Positions 26,217 through 34,695 of a DNA stretch of 60,283 nt are shown piece by piece. The stretch is taken from IMG/VR virus record IMGVR_UViG_3300021086_000005, positions 1-60,283 of that record; one strand, given 5' to 3'. Under the pieces are notes generated by a model. That model was not told the DNA's origin. It worked only from the letters and a program-made list of their open reading frames with translations, and searched no databases. The position numbers were made by a program, and so were the translations under genes. This stretch comes from a virus (Duplodnaviria > Caudoviricetes). Each line of letters starts with the position of its first letter. Position 1 is the stretch's first letter.

Positions 26217-26794
26217 TGACTCCCGAGCAGGTCATCGATCTGCTGTCGCTCGCCGCGCGGTTCGACCAGCGCACCGTGGGCGACGAGGACGTTCGGGCGT
26301 GGGGTCTGATCGCCAACGAGCAGGACTGGCACCCGAGAGCCGCAGCCCGCGCGCTGGTCGACCACGCCACAGTGGACCCGACGCCTGTTCGGCCGGCGCA
26401 CATCACGGCGATCCTGGCCGCGGTGCGCAAGGAGATCCGATCCCGGTTCACCGAGGACGTGTGCCCGCCAAGGGAGCTGACCGACGATCCGCAGGCTGAG
26501 ATTGAGTGGCGTCGTCAGCGGGTGGCCACGTTCGTGGCCGCTGCGTTCGAGGCGTGGTCGAGGCGTGAGGCGATCCCGCATCCGGCGCAGCGCCACGAAC
26601 TCGGCGAGACGGAGCGTCCGCAGTTGACCCGGCAGGTCCGGGAACTGGTCGCTGGGTTCTCGCTCCCGCCCGATGTGCAGCGCGAGCGGCAGGCCAAGCC
26701 GGACACACCGGAGCGGGTGGCCCAGCGCGCCGCGGCAAGAGCCGCACTCGACGAGAAGCGCCCAGCCCTCGACGCCCTGCGGGCCGATCCATGA
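26216..26794 (+). CDS. Putative helicase loader / replication accessory protein
   Basis: MTPEQVIDLLSLAARFDQRTVG...AW; position after initiator. Confidence 0.55.
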   Translation: MTPEQVIDLLSLAARFDQRTVGDEDVRAWGLIANEQDWHPRAAARALVDHATVDPTPVRPAHITAILAAVRKEIRSRFTEDVCPPRELTDDPQAEIEWRRQRVATFVAAAFEAWSRREAIPHPAQRHELGETERPQLTRQVRELVAGFSLPPDVQRERQAKPDTPERVAQRAAARAALDEKRPALDALRADP

Positions 26795-26985
26795 GCCGCC
26801 ACCTGCACTCCGTCACCGCCCCGGTGGCCGAGGACCTGGCGGCCCAGGACGACAGCCTCGACCACCTGTGTCCGCATTGCGGCGCCGAGCGGGACGCCTA
26901 CTGCGTGAACCCGCTCACCGGCCGGCACCTGCACGGCCGGGTCAGCCACTTCCAGCGCATTCCAGTCCGGACGGAGGACGCGTGA
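26791..26985 (+). CDS. Zinc-finger protein
   Basis: CPHCGA...YC...H..R. Confidence 0.7.
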   Translation: MSRHLHSVTAPVAEDLAAQDDSLDHLCPHCGAERDAYCVNPLTGRHLHGRVSHFQRIPVRTEDA

Positions 26986-27145
26986 CCCCGGACCCCGGTG
27001 CCTGCCTCCGTCACTGCCACCAATGCCGCTGCTGCCTCGAAGCCGCTCTGTCTCGATGCCGCACAGTGGGGGACGTGTGGGAGATCAACAACCGCTTGGA
27101 CGCGATAGACGCCGCTCTCGAAGCCACTGACCGAACGGAGACGAC

Positions 27146-27496
27146 ATGACCACGACAGGGCTTCACCTCAACGGCTGCCTGGGCTGCGACCACGACCCCG
27201 ACGCCTACCCGTCGTGCTGGACCGATGAGCAGGTCCGCGAAGACCAGGCACGCTTCACCTTCGGACCGGCCAGTCGGCACGTCGAGCAGCCGGGGCCGAT
27301 CCCCAACAACCGGCCCTCGATCCAGTCCCTCGTCCGCGCCGACCTCGAGGAGCGCGAGCAGGTGGGCATTCAGCGCTACGGAACCCCGTTGCAGGCGTTC
27401 AACGGCCGCGACGCGCTGCGTGACGCCTACGAGGAAGCGTTGGACCTCGCGTGCTACCTGCGACAGGCCATGGCCGAACGGGAGGTGCGGGCATGA
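27146..27496 (+). CDS. All-alpha NTP pyrophosphatase-like (MazG superfamily) protein
   Basis: REQVGIQRYGTPL...DAYEEALDLACYL. Confidence 0.6.
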   Translation: MTTTGLHLNGCLGCDHDPDAYPSCWTDEQVREDQARFTFGPASRHVEQPGPIPNNRPSIQSLVRADLEEREQVGIQRYGTPLQAFNGRDALRDAYEEALDLACYLRQAMAEREVRA

Positions 27497-27680
27497 CGCG
27501 CCCTCAGGCCGCAGCGCGTCACCGCTACACCCGACCCGACAACCTCACCGACACCCTGCCGTGGCTCCTCCCGCACCCTCCCGAGTGCCCGGAGTGCTTC
27601 CAGCGGTTGGTGGCCCAGTGGCTCCTTCAGACGCTCTCTCCGTGCCCTCAGGTGTCGTGCCCGCACAGAGGAGGGCAGAC

Positions 27681-28010
27681 GTGAGCCCTGACGAGTGCCG
27701 TCCAGTGGAGGTCACCGTGGACGGCCAAACGGAGACGGTCCGTGTGCACGGCGGCGCACCGATGGGGCCGCACGCTGCAGCAGCGATGAGCGTCCTCGTC
27801 CAGGCTGTTCGTGACCGGCTGGCGACCGCTGGCGTGTCGATTCGGCAAGCGGCCCTGCAGGTGATGCGAGAGCACTGGCCTGCAGACGGCCGGTGTCGGT
27901 GCGGGTGGTCTGCAGAGAACGCGACGTTGTGGTCGGTCCACATGCTGCAGGCCCTCGATGAGGCTGGCGTGCTGCTGCCCCTGGATCAGCGGATGGCGGA
28001 CCAGCCGTGA
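27681..28010 (+). CDS. Hypothetical protein
   Basis: GGAGG RBS; CRCG...H motif. Confidence 0.5.
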   Translation: MSPDECRPVEVTVDGQTETVRVHGGAPMGPHAAAAMSVLVQAVRDRLATAGVSIRQAALQVMREHWPADGRCRCGWSAENATLWSVHMLQALDEAGVLLPLDQRMADQP

Positions 28011-28192
28011 CCACCCACGACTTCACCTCTGACCAGATCACCGAGTCCATTGCGTTCGCCATCCGGGAACGCGACTTCGTCGTGGTGCCTGGCCTAGTCG
28101 GGCTGCTGGCCCTTCAGGACCCTGATCGGGCGCTGGAGGTCCTCGACACGTTCAAACTGGCACAGGTCATCGGCAAGGCGAGCCAGTCGTGA
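28007..28192 (+). CDS. Hypothetical protein
   Basis: GTGA overlaps. Confidence 0.55.
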   Translation: MTTHDFTSDQITESIAFAIRERDFVVVPGLVGLLALQDPDRALEVLDTFKLAQVIGKASQS

Positions 28193-28554
28193 CCGGTCAG
28201 GCAACCCGCGAGCACGCCATGTCGGAGTACGACTTCCAGCGCCGCGTCATGGACTGCGCGAAGCTCCACGGCTGGAAACGCCTGCACATCAGGGCCTCCC
28301 CGCAGCGCTTCGGCCAGTCGTGGCGTGTCCCGTACGAAGGTGACAGCGGTCTGCCGGATTTGATCCTGGCGCGTGCCGGCATGGTCCTCCTGGCCGAACT
28401 GAAGACGGCGACCGGCAAGACGACGCCCGAGCAACAGGCGTGGCTCGCGGCGGCCGGCGTGAACGGACGGCTGTGGAGACCCGCTCAGTGGAACGAGATC
28501 TTGGCTGAGCTTTCGGCCACCCCACGCCCCGAGACCGAGGAGACCCCGAAGTGA
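28189..28554 (+). CDS. VRR-NUC nuclease / putative Holliday junction resolvase
   Basis: GLPDLIL...LAELKT..GK..PEQQAW. Confidence 0.85.
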   Translation: MTGQATREHAMSEYDFQRRVMDCAKLHGWKRLHIRASPQRFGQSWRVPYEGDSGLPDLILARAGMVLLAELKTATGKTTPEQQAWLAAAGVNGRLWRPAQWNEILAELSATPRPETEETPK

Positions 28555-29147
28555 GCGACACCCTGCACGAAGTCCTAGCCCGAGGGATCGACAAGGGGTT
28601 GCGGGACGTCGGCGCCGAACTGTCCGGCTGCACCCCGTCGATGCTGACCGGCCACGTGATCCGGGAACTGCGGGACGCCGGTCTGCATCCGGGGCCGAGC
28701 CGGAAGCGCACCCCGTCCGCCACTGAGCCGCAGTGGCGCATCGGTATCGAGGTCCCGATGCGGCTCCCGGGCGACCAGCGGCACGACCTGTTCGAGCGCG
28801 TCGCCGCGCTGGCCCACGGCTGGGAACCGGAGGACCGGGGACGGCTGGGACGCGAACGTCTACGGCTGCCCGGTCGCCGATGACGCGCCGGACCACTTCC
28901 ACCCGGCACTCGACGAGCGTGACGCTGCCGTCCGCGACTCGGAGCACCTGCGGTCCCTGCTGGTCTGGTCCTGACGGAGCTGCTGCGCGGCGGCACGACC
29001 TACCGAGATCGCTGCCAGGCTGCGTATGCGGCACTGGCGCCGGACGGTACGGCCGTGTGCGCCCATGCGTGGCCGCGTGCCCTCCTGGAGTGCCCGAAGT
29101 GCGACGCGCCTCCTGCGGCTACCCCACGACCGGAGGAGCAGCGATGA
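28551..29147 (+). pseudogene. Hypothetical gene broken by two apparent frameshifts (or sequence errors)
   Basis: Removing one G at ~28838 and adding one nt at ~28966 gives one ORF ending in the ATGA overlap with 29144. Confidence 0.5.
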
Positions 29148-29434
29148 CGCCTGCTGGGCAGATCACGAGCGACATCAAGTGGCTCCTGTCCGATGCCGGA
29201 CTCGACCATTCCCCGGTCTTCCGCGTCACCACCAAGTCCGTGGACACCAAGTTCGAGACGGTGGTGTCTGGCTGCCGAGCCGATAGCGCACAGCGGGCAC
29301 TGGAGGAGTACGCCCGCAACCATCACGACGTCAGGTTTGACCGCCGCGTGTTCGACGGCGCGCTGGTCGTCATCCAGTCGGCCGTCCCGCCCTCCAGCGC
29401 CTCCGTGGCGCCCCAACCAGAGGAGACCGAGTAG
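29144..29434 (+). CDS. Hypothetical protein
   Basis: GGAGGAG RBS. Confidence 0.55.
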   Translation: MTPAGQITSDIKWLLSDAGLDHSPVFRVTTKSVDTKFETVVSGCRADSAQRALEEYARNHHDVRFDRRVFDGALVVIQSAVPPSSASVAPQPEETE

Positions 29435-29692
29435 ATGGACACCCAAGAGCACCCCGGCGAAGCTCAGGCGCTGCCGGGTGTCCGGGTAGGTCAGATCTGG
29501 CGCGAGGTCGACAAGCGCAAGGGCCAGCGGGAGCGCCGCCGGTTCGAGGTAACCGGGCTGGGCTTGGGCGATGTCTACGGGCACATGCTCAACCCGGAGG
29601 GCCTGGTGGTCGGCGGGGACCGGAGCTTGGCCCGCGAGACGTTCGAACTGCGGTACGTGCTGGTGTCCGAGGGCGGTGCACCCGATGCCTGA
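29435..29692 (+). CDS. Hypothetical protein
   Basis: GAGGAG RBS; VRVGQIWREVDKR. Confidence 0.55.
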   Translation: MDTQEHPGEAQALPGVRVGQIWREVDKRKGQRERRRFEVTGLGLGDVYGHMLNPEGLVVGGDRSLARETFELRYVLVSEGGAPDA

Positions 29693-29882
29693 CGAGACTG
29701 TTCCGGAACTGATCTGCACGCTGCCCGCTGACTACCCGCATCGGGAGTTGGTACTCAAGGCTGCTCGTCACGCCTACAAGGTGTTCCCGAAGGCGCTGGC
29801 CGACTGGTGCGCCTACGGCGTCCTACAGGCCCCGTTCGAGGGTTGGGACATCCGAGCACGAGCGATCCTGGAGCAGCCATGA
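29685..29882 (+). CDS. Hypothetical protein
   Basis: Operon packing. Confidence 0.5.
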   Translation: MPDETVPELICTLPADYPHRELVLKAARHAYKVFPKALADWCAYGVLQAPFEGWDIRARAILEQP

Positions 29883-30010
29883 CCGCCCTCGCCATAGCCC
29901 TCGCGGCGGTGGCACCCCTCGTCGCTGCCCTCGCTGCCTGGTGGGTCGTCCGGATCACCATCCCGACCGTGCGGTACTGGCGGTCCCGGCGGCGCAAGGA
30001 GATGCCGTGA

Positions 30011-30277
30011 TCACGCGAACCGGAACCGCCCCACCAGCTCCCCACCCTCCATCCGTGCTGTCCCCATCTCCCGTATCCGCTGAGCCGACGCCCCACCCGC
30101 TTGGAGGGACTGGTGGGTCAACCGGACCAGCACCGGCAGATGCGCGGGTGCGTCGTCCGCGATCCACACGGCGGTCTTCGAGGCGGTCGCCAGAAGGGCG
30201 TTGGCGTCGAGGTCCCGGTACCAGCGGACTGCTGTGCCACCCCAGTCGGTGGTCACTGTCGTGGCGATCGTGGACAT
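30011..30277 (-). CDS. Hypothetical protein, probably leaderless
   Basis: TTGACG-16-TACCGT ends 6 nt before ATG. Confidence 0.55.
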   Translation of the reverse strand: MSTIATTVTTDWGGTAVRWYRDLDANALLATASKTAVWIADDAPAHLPVLVRLTHQSLQAGGASAQRIREMGTARMEGGELVGRFRFA

Positions 30278-30342
30278 GGATCGACGGTACTACCGCAGGT
30301 CACAGCGTCAAGGGTGCGGCAACGGTGCCCGCACCCGTCCGG

Positions 30343-30777
30343 TCAGGCGGCGAGGTCGAACACCGCGAACGGGTCAGCGGGCTTCGGGCTGACCGTGGCC
30401 ACGCTGGCGACCGGGAACCTGGTCCAGCCGACGAACCACTCGGCGGCCAGCAGGTGAAAGCACCGGCGCCCGTACTGCCCGGCCTTGCAGGAGCACGACC
30501 CGGCGAGGGCGTTGACCTCGTAGTTCACGGAGCCGTCGGTGGACACGGCCAGGTAGACGGTGGGGGTGACGGGAACGATGGCGCCATCCTCGATGAGTTC
30601 GACGGCCTTGTCGACCTGCGTGGTGGGGTCGGTGCGGGCGGCGATGATGGCGGCTTCGGCGATCTTGGCGGCGCAGACCGGGCCGAGACCGGCGGCGACG
30701 GACTTGGTGGAGCGGAGGAGGCGACCGCAGCGGTGGCAGTGGGTGGTGGTCTGGCTGGCGGTCCCGCTCTGTGTCAT
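30343..30777 (-). CDS. DUF6011 + SWIM zinc-finger protein
   Basis: CHRCGRLL...SVAAGLGPVC and CSCKAG...CFHLLA. Confidence 0.8.
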   Translation of the reverse strand: MTQSGTASQTTTHCHRCGRLLRSTKSVAAGLGPVCAAKIAEAAIIAARTDPTTQVDKAVELIEDGAIVPVTPTVYLAVSTDGSVNYEVNALAGSCSCKAGQYGRRCFHLLAAEWFVGWTRFPVASVATVSPKPADPFAVFDLAA

Positions 30778-30845
30778 GACACTAGAGTAGCTCATGTGTC
30801 ATGACACATGCAAGGGTTTCAGTCCAACAGGTGTCATGACATAAT
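30771..30845. promoter_or_regulatory. Divergent promoter with three GTGTCATGACA(C) operators
   Basis: Sites 30771-30782, 30793-30810 (18-bp perfect palindrome), 30831-30841; minus-strand TTGCAT-17-TACTCT. Confidence 0.8.
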
Positions 30846-30851
30846 GGTAAG

Positions 30852-31043
30852 ATGACAGGCAGAGTCGGACGAGGCACCGCACGCCAAACCGTCCGCATCG
30901 ACCACGAACGGTGGGACCGGTTCGAAGCAGCCGCGAAGGCTATCGACACCGACCGATCGAAGCTGATCAACGACTTCGTTGCCTGGTTCATCCGCGAACC
31001 CGGCGCGAAGGCCCCGAAGCGTCCCGAGAGGACAGAGCCGTGA
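30852..31043 (+). CDS. Ribbon-helix-helix-type DNA-binding protein
   Basis: RQTVRIDHERWDRFEAAAKAIDTDRSKLINDFVAWF. Confidence 0.7.
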   Translation: MTGRVGRGTARQTVRIDHERWDRFEAAAKAIDTDRSKLINDFVAWFIREPGAKAPKRPERTEP

Positions 31044-31585
31044 AGCTCACCGCGCTGGCTGTCATCGCCGGCGTCTTGCTATCCCTGACCGCCTGCCAGG
31101 CCGCGGCCGGCAGCACCACCCCGGCCGCGACGGTCGCTGTCGTGACCTCCGGTTGCCACGCAGGTACGGACGCCGGCCAGCCGTTGCCGGACCCGCACTG
31201 CACCCCCGGAGCCACCAACCCAGCAGTGACCCCAGCGACGATCCACGCGACGATCTGTGTGTCGGGTTGGACCGCGACTGTCCGTCCGCCGCAGTCGTAC
31301 ACGGAGCCGCTGAAGCGCTCGGGCATCCACCAGTACGGCTACACCGACACCCGCTTGTCCAGCTACGAAGAAGACCACCTGGTGTCGCTTGAACTGGGCG
31401 GCTCACCCCGTGACCCGCGCAACCTGTGGCCCGAACCGGGCAGGTCCCCGAACGTGAAGGACCGGGTGGAATCGGCTGCGCATTCGGCGGTGTGCTCGGG
31501 TCGCCTGCCGCTCGCTGCTGCGCAGGCCGGGATCGCTGCGGATTGGGTGACGCTGGGACGCCAGTTGGGGGTGAAGATCCCGTGA
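31040..31585 (+). CDS. Putative lipoprotein with HNH-like nuclease motif
   Basis: Signal peptide with lipobox LTAC; YEEDHLVSLELGGSP.DPRNLWPE. Confidence 0.7.
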   Translation: MKLTALAVIAGVLLSLTACQAAAGSTTPAATVAVVTSGCHAGTDAGQPLPDPHCTPGATNPAVTPATIHATICVSGWTATVRPPQSYTEPLKRSGIHQYGYTDTRLSSYEEDHLVSLELGGSPRDPRNLWPEPGRSPNVKDRVESAAHSAVCSGRLPLAAAQAGIAADWVTLGRQLGVKIP

Positions 31586-31754
31586 CCGACCATGCAGGGG
31601 GCAGCTTCCTTGTCCCCGCCGTGCTCCATGCCGTGCTGCTCGGCGCCCTGGTCGACGAGATCACCGCGAACACCGACGTTCGCGCCTGCGACTACGACAC
31701 GGGGGTTTGTTCGTGCGACCGCCGCTCGACGTGCCGAGCACCGAAGGATGGGCT

Positions 31755-32222
31755 ATGACCGATGACCTCGCTGCTCGTCTCCTGGCGGCTATCGAAGAGA
31801 CCGAGAAGATCGCGCAGGCGATTCCGGAAAGCCGGCGCGGTTGGCGCTACGACGGCTTGGTTGTGCTGGTCGCCGCTGGTGACCCTCGCACCGCCGAGCG
31901 GGTTGCTGTTGGTGCCTGCGACTACGCCATGGACCCGGCTGTAGGCCACCACATCGCCCGGCAGCACCCGCGCGCAACCCTGATCCGCTGCGCAGCCGAC
32001 CGGAAGATCGTGGCCCGCCACGTCAAGGTCACCGAGATGTGGAACGAAGACGACGACCGTGGACTGTTCGACGTGGACCTGTGCGGGACCTGCGCCTACG
32101 GCCGGAGCTGCGAGCACTGTTTCAGTCGGGAAGACTTGCCGCTGGTCGCGTGGCCATGCCCGACTCTCCGTGACCTGGCTGAGGGCTACGGCTTGTCCAC
32201 TGGGGTGGCATCCGATGGCTGA
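31755..32222 (+). CDS. DUF6221-like protein
   Basis: HIARQHP...CAADRKIV...WPCPTLRDLA. Confidence 0.7.
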   Translation: MTDDLAARLLAAIEETEKIAQAIPESRRGWRYDGLVVLVAAGDPRTAERVAVGACDYAMDPAVGHHIARQHPRATLIRCAADRKIVARHVKVTEMWNEDDDRGLFDVDLCGTCAYGRSCEHCFSREDLPLVAWPCPTLRDLAEGYGLSTGVASDG

Positions 32223-32375
32223 CGACCTGGAGTTCCTGGCGCAGGAACTGTGGCCCAACGAGGTCTATCGGGATGCCGGCTTCTTCGACTTCGTGACGCT
32301 TCAGAACGCTGTGTTCAAGCCCACCGAGAAGCCAGGGGTGGTTGACGATGAGTGCGAGTGAATGGAGCCCGACCC

Positions 32376-32774
32376 ATGGCTAAGACATTCCGTGGACCCG
32401 GCGACGACACCGGTCCGGTCGTGTGGATGCACGGCGACGGCACCGTGACCGACGTGACCTACCAGGGCGTATCGCTGCGCAACTGGGTCACTGGTGTCGC
32501 TCTGAAGTCCTCCCCAGACCGCATGACCATGGTTGATCTGTCCTTGGTCATCACACAAGTCCGGATCATCGACGCGCCCCCAGCGGCGCCCAGCCTCGAC
32601 AAGCCGGCTCCCGACGGCCGCGACCGCAACGGGGAGCCCCTGAACCACACCGCACGGGAATGCCCGCAGCGCATCGAGGTCACCACCGCGACGGACCCCG
32701 ATCGTGTCTGGCTGCACGGGGACTGCGAGAACCCCGTCGGTGTCCCGTCGCCCGCCACGCGGGATCAGCCGTGA
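32376..32774 (+). CDS. Hypothetical protein with C-terminal H/C module
   Basis: HTARECPQRIEVTTATD...WLHGDC. Confidence 0.6.
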   Translation: MAKTFRGPGDDTGPVVWMHGDGTVTDVTYQGVSLRNWVTGVALKSSPDRMTMVDLSLVITQVRIIDAPPAAPSLDKPAPDGRDRNGEPLNHTARECPQRIEVTTATDPDRVWLHGDCENPVGVPSPATRDQP

Positions 32775-32891
32775 CGGACATCATCGACTTGATTGACCAG
32801 GTCACTGCACCCACCTGCGGCTCGTGCGCGAAACCACTGCGGCCAGACGGCACCCGGACAACATCGCTGGCGAACAGCGGTGGTTCGTCGG

Positions 32892-33146
32892 TCATGCTGG
32901 CCACACCTGCCCGTCCAGCTGGTTGACCTCATCCCGCACGATCGCCCGGATACCGAGTTCAAGCGCCCGTTCCGCGCTGACCGGTTGTCCGTCGAGCAGC
33001 ACCTGAATCGAGCCGATCACGTGCGGACGTGGCGGCGAATCTGGCTGACAAGCTCCGTGTAGGTAGACCGGCTGCTCGTCTGTGCCTGTGGTGACGTCAC
33101 AGCGTTGCGGGCAGTCCGCGGCAGGATGGCCGAACTCCTGGGTCAT
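32892..33146 (-). CDS. Hypothetical protein sharing the H/C module with 32376..32774
   Basis: HPAADCPQRCDVTTGTD...YLHGAC. Confidence 0.6.
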   Translation of the reverse strand: MTQEFGHPAADCPQRCDVTTGTDEQPVYLHGACQPDSPPRPHVIGSIQVLLDGQPVSAERALELGIRAIVRDEVNQLDGQVWPA

Positions 33147-33373
33147 TGCGGTACCACCACTCCGGCGTCAGCGGCGAGCACAGCAAGGATCGACTGGGTC
33201 GCCACCAACCACTGGCCACCCGCCTTGACGACACGCGCAGGGAAAGTGCCAGATTTCGCCATCTCATACGCAGTGGTACGGCCAATACCAAAAACCAGAC
33301 CAGCCTTCGCCACCGGAACCGCAGCAGGCCACTGCCGAATCTCGTCATAAGTAAAGGTTGTAGCCGTCTTCAT
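33143..33373 (-). CDS. Second excisionase-like HTH protein
   Basis: VPVAKAGLVFGIGRTTAYEMAKSGTFP..VVKAGGQWLV. Confidence 0.75.
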   Translation of the reverse strand: MKTATTFTYDEIRQWPAAVPVAKAGLVFGIGRTTAYEMAKSGTFPARVVKAGGQWLVATQSILAVLAADAGVVVPQ

Positions 33374-33495
33374 ACCACCCAGCATACCTTCCCTATCAAC
33401 AAAACCCAGGATTGCCCAACCCTCCAAAACAGACCTACCCTGCGCCCAACCGGCCGTGATCATCACGCGCCAGCAGTGAACGCAGGGGGTGGGAC

Positions 33496-34035
33496 ATGAC
33501 TGACAGCCCCACCCTTGAGCCCAGCGACCAGCCCGACGAATCCCCCTGGACCTGGACCCCTAGTTCAGGAACCCCTAGCAACCGCGCCGAGACCGCAGCG
33601 CGCCGCGCCTGGGTCGTGAAGCACCACCACGAGGGCTGGACTTTCGACAGCATCGCGAAGGCGCTCAGCGTCAGCCAGCCCCGCGCCCACGAGATCTACT
33701 GGGACGCGATCAACGCCGTCGAGGGGCCACCCGTCAAGGCCGTGAAGGCCGCACACGCCGAAATACTCGGCGAAGTCATCCGGGTCGCGAACGAGGTGAT
33801 GGCCACCGCGCACATCGCGCATTCGAACGGCCGAGTCGTGATGATGACCGACGAGGACGGCGCGGAAGTCGCGGTGCAGGACGACGGCCCGAAACTCGAC
33901 GCTGGCCGCACGATCATCGCCGCGTCCGCTCGGCTGATGAAGATGCTCGGCGGTGACGCGCCAACGCAGGTCGAGTCCGAGGTGTCGGTGCTGCGCTACG
34001 AAGTCGTGGGCACCGATGTGGGCGGTGTGGTGTGA
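33496..34035 (+). CDS. terS: Probable terminase small subunit
   Basis: N-terminal HTH, C-terminal LGGDAPTQVE; first late gene upstream of TerL. Confidence 0.65.
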   Translation: MTDSPTLEPSDQPDESPWTWTPSSGTPSNRAETAARRAWVVKHHHEGWTFDSIAKALSVSQPRAHEIYWDAINAVEGPPVKAVKAAHAEILGEVIRVANEVMATAHIAHSNGRVVMMTDEDGAEVAVQDDGPKLDAGRTIIAASARLMKMLGGDAPTQVESEVSVLRYEVVGTDVGGVV

Positions 34036-34180
34036 CCGCCTTCTCGGAGCGTCGCATCGGTAACTGGACGTTCACCGCCTACGGGCAAGTGATGCCGCTG
34101 CCCCCGGATCTGACCGGCCGTGTGAAGCAGCAGGTGCCGAACCGGGTTGACCGGCGCCGCGCGGCACGAGCAGTGAAGCC

Positions 34181-34399
34181 ATGACGACGTGGACGGTGTT
34201 CGTCTGGGGCTTCGGCACTGCATCCGTGTGCGCGGTGATCCTGTTCGCGGCGTGGACTCGCCGGACCCGTCGCCGCGCGCTCCCGTCGCCGCTGGTCTAC
34301 GCCAAGCCGCTGACCGACGGGCAGTACGACGAACTCGCAGCGGAGTGGGCCATCACCGTGGCGAGGCACACTGACCGTGCCGCACGGGTGCGGCCATGA
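34181..34399 (+). CDS. Small membrane protein
   Basis: N-terminal TM helix. Confidence 0.55.
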   Translation: MTTWTVFVWGFGTASVCAVILFAAWTRRTRRRALPSPLVYAKPLTDGQYDELAAEWAITVARHTDRAARVRP

Positions 34400-34695
34400 C
34401 CGCCGCGTTGGCTGTCGGGACGCAGCCAATCGACTACGCCCCGTACAACGGGTACTCAATCTACTGGCTGTCCCTCGTCGGCGGGTTCATCGCACTGTTC
34501 CTGCCGGTCGAACTCCACGCGATGGCATCCGGTCACCCAGAAAATACGTTGAGCGCACAGTTTTGGCGCATCGGTGACGTCGTCGCAGGCCAACCGATCG
34601 CGCAGTGGTCGGCCGAACACTGGTGGATGGCGATCGTCGTTGGGCTGCTGTTCTCGTGGTTAATAGTCCATTTCGACTTCGGACTGCTCCGATGA
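34396..34695 (+). CDS. Two-TM membrane protein
   Basis: Two hydrophobic segments; ATGA overlaps. Confidence 0.6.
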   Translation: MTAALAVGTQPIDYAPYNGYSIYWLSLVGGFIALFLPVELHAMASGHPENTLSAQFWRIGDVVAGQPIAQWSAEHWWMAIVVGLLFSWLIVHFDFGLLR

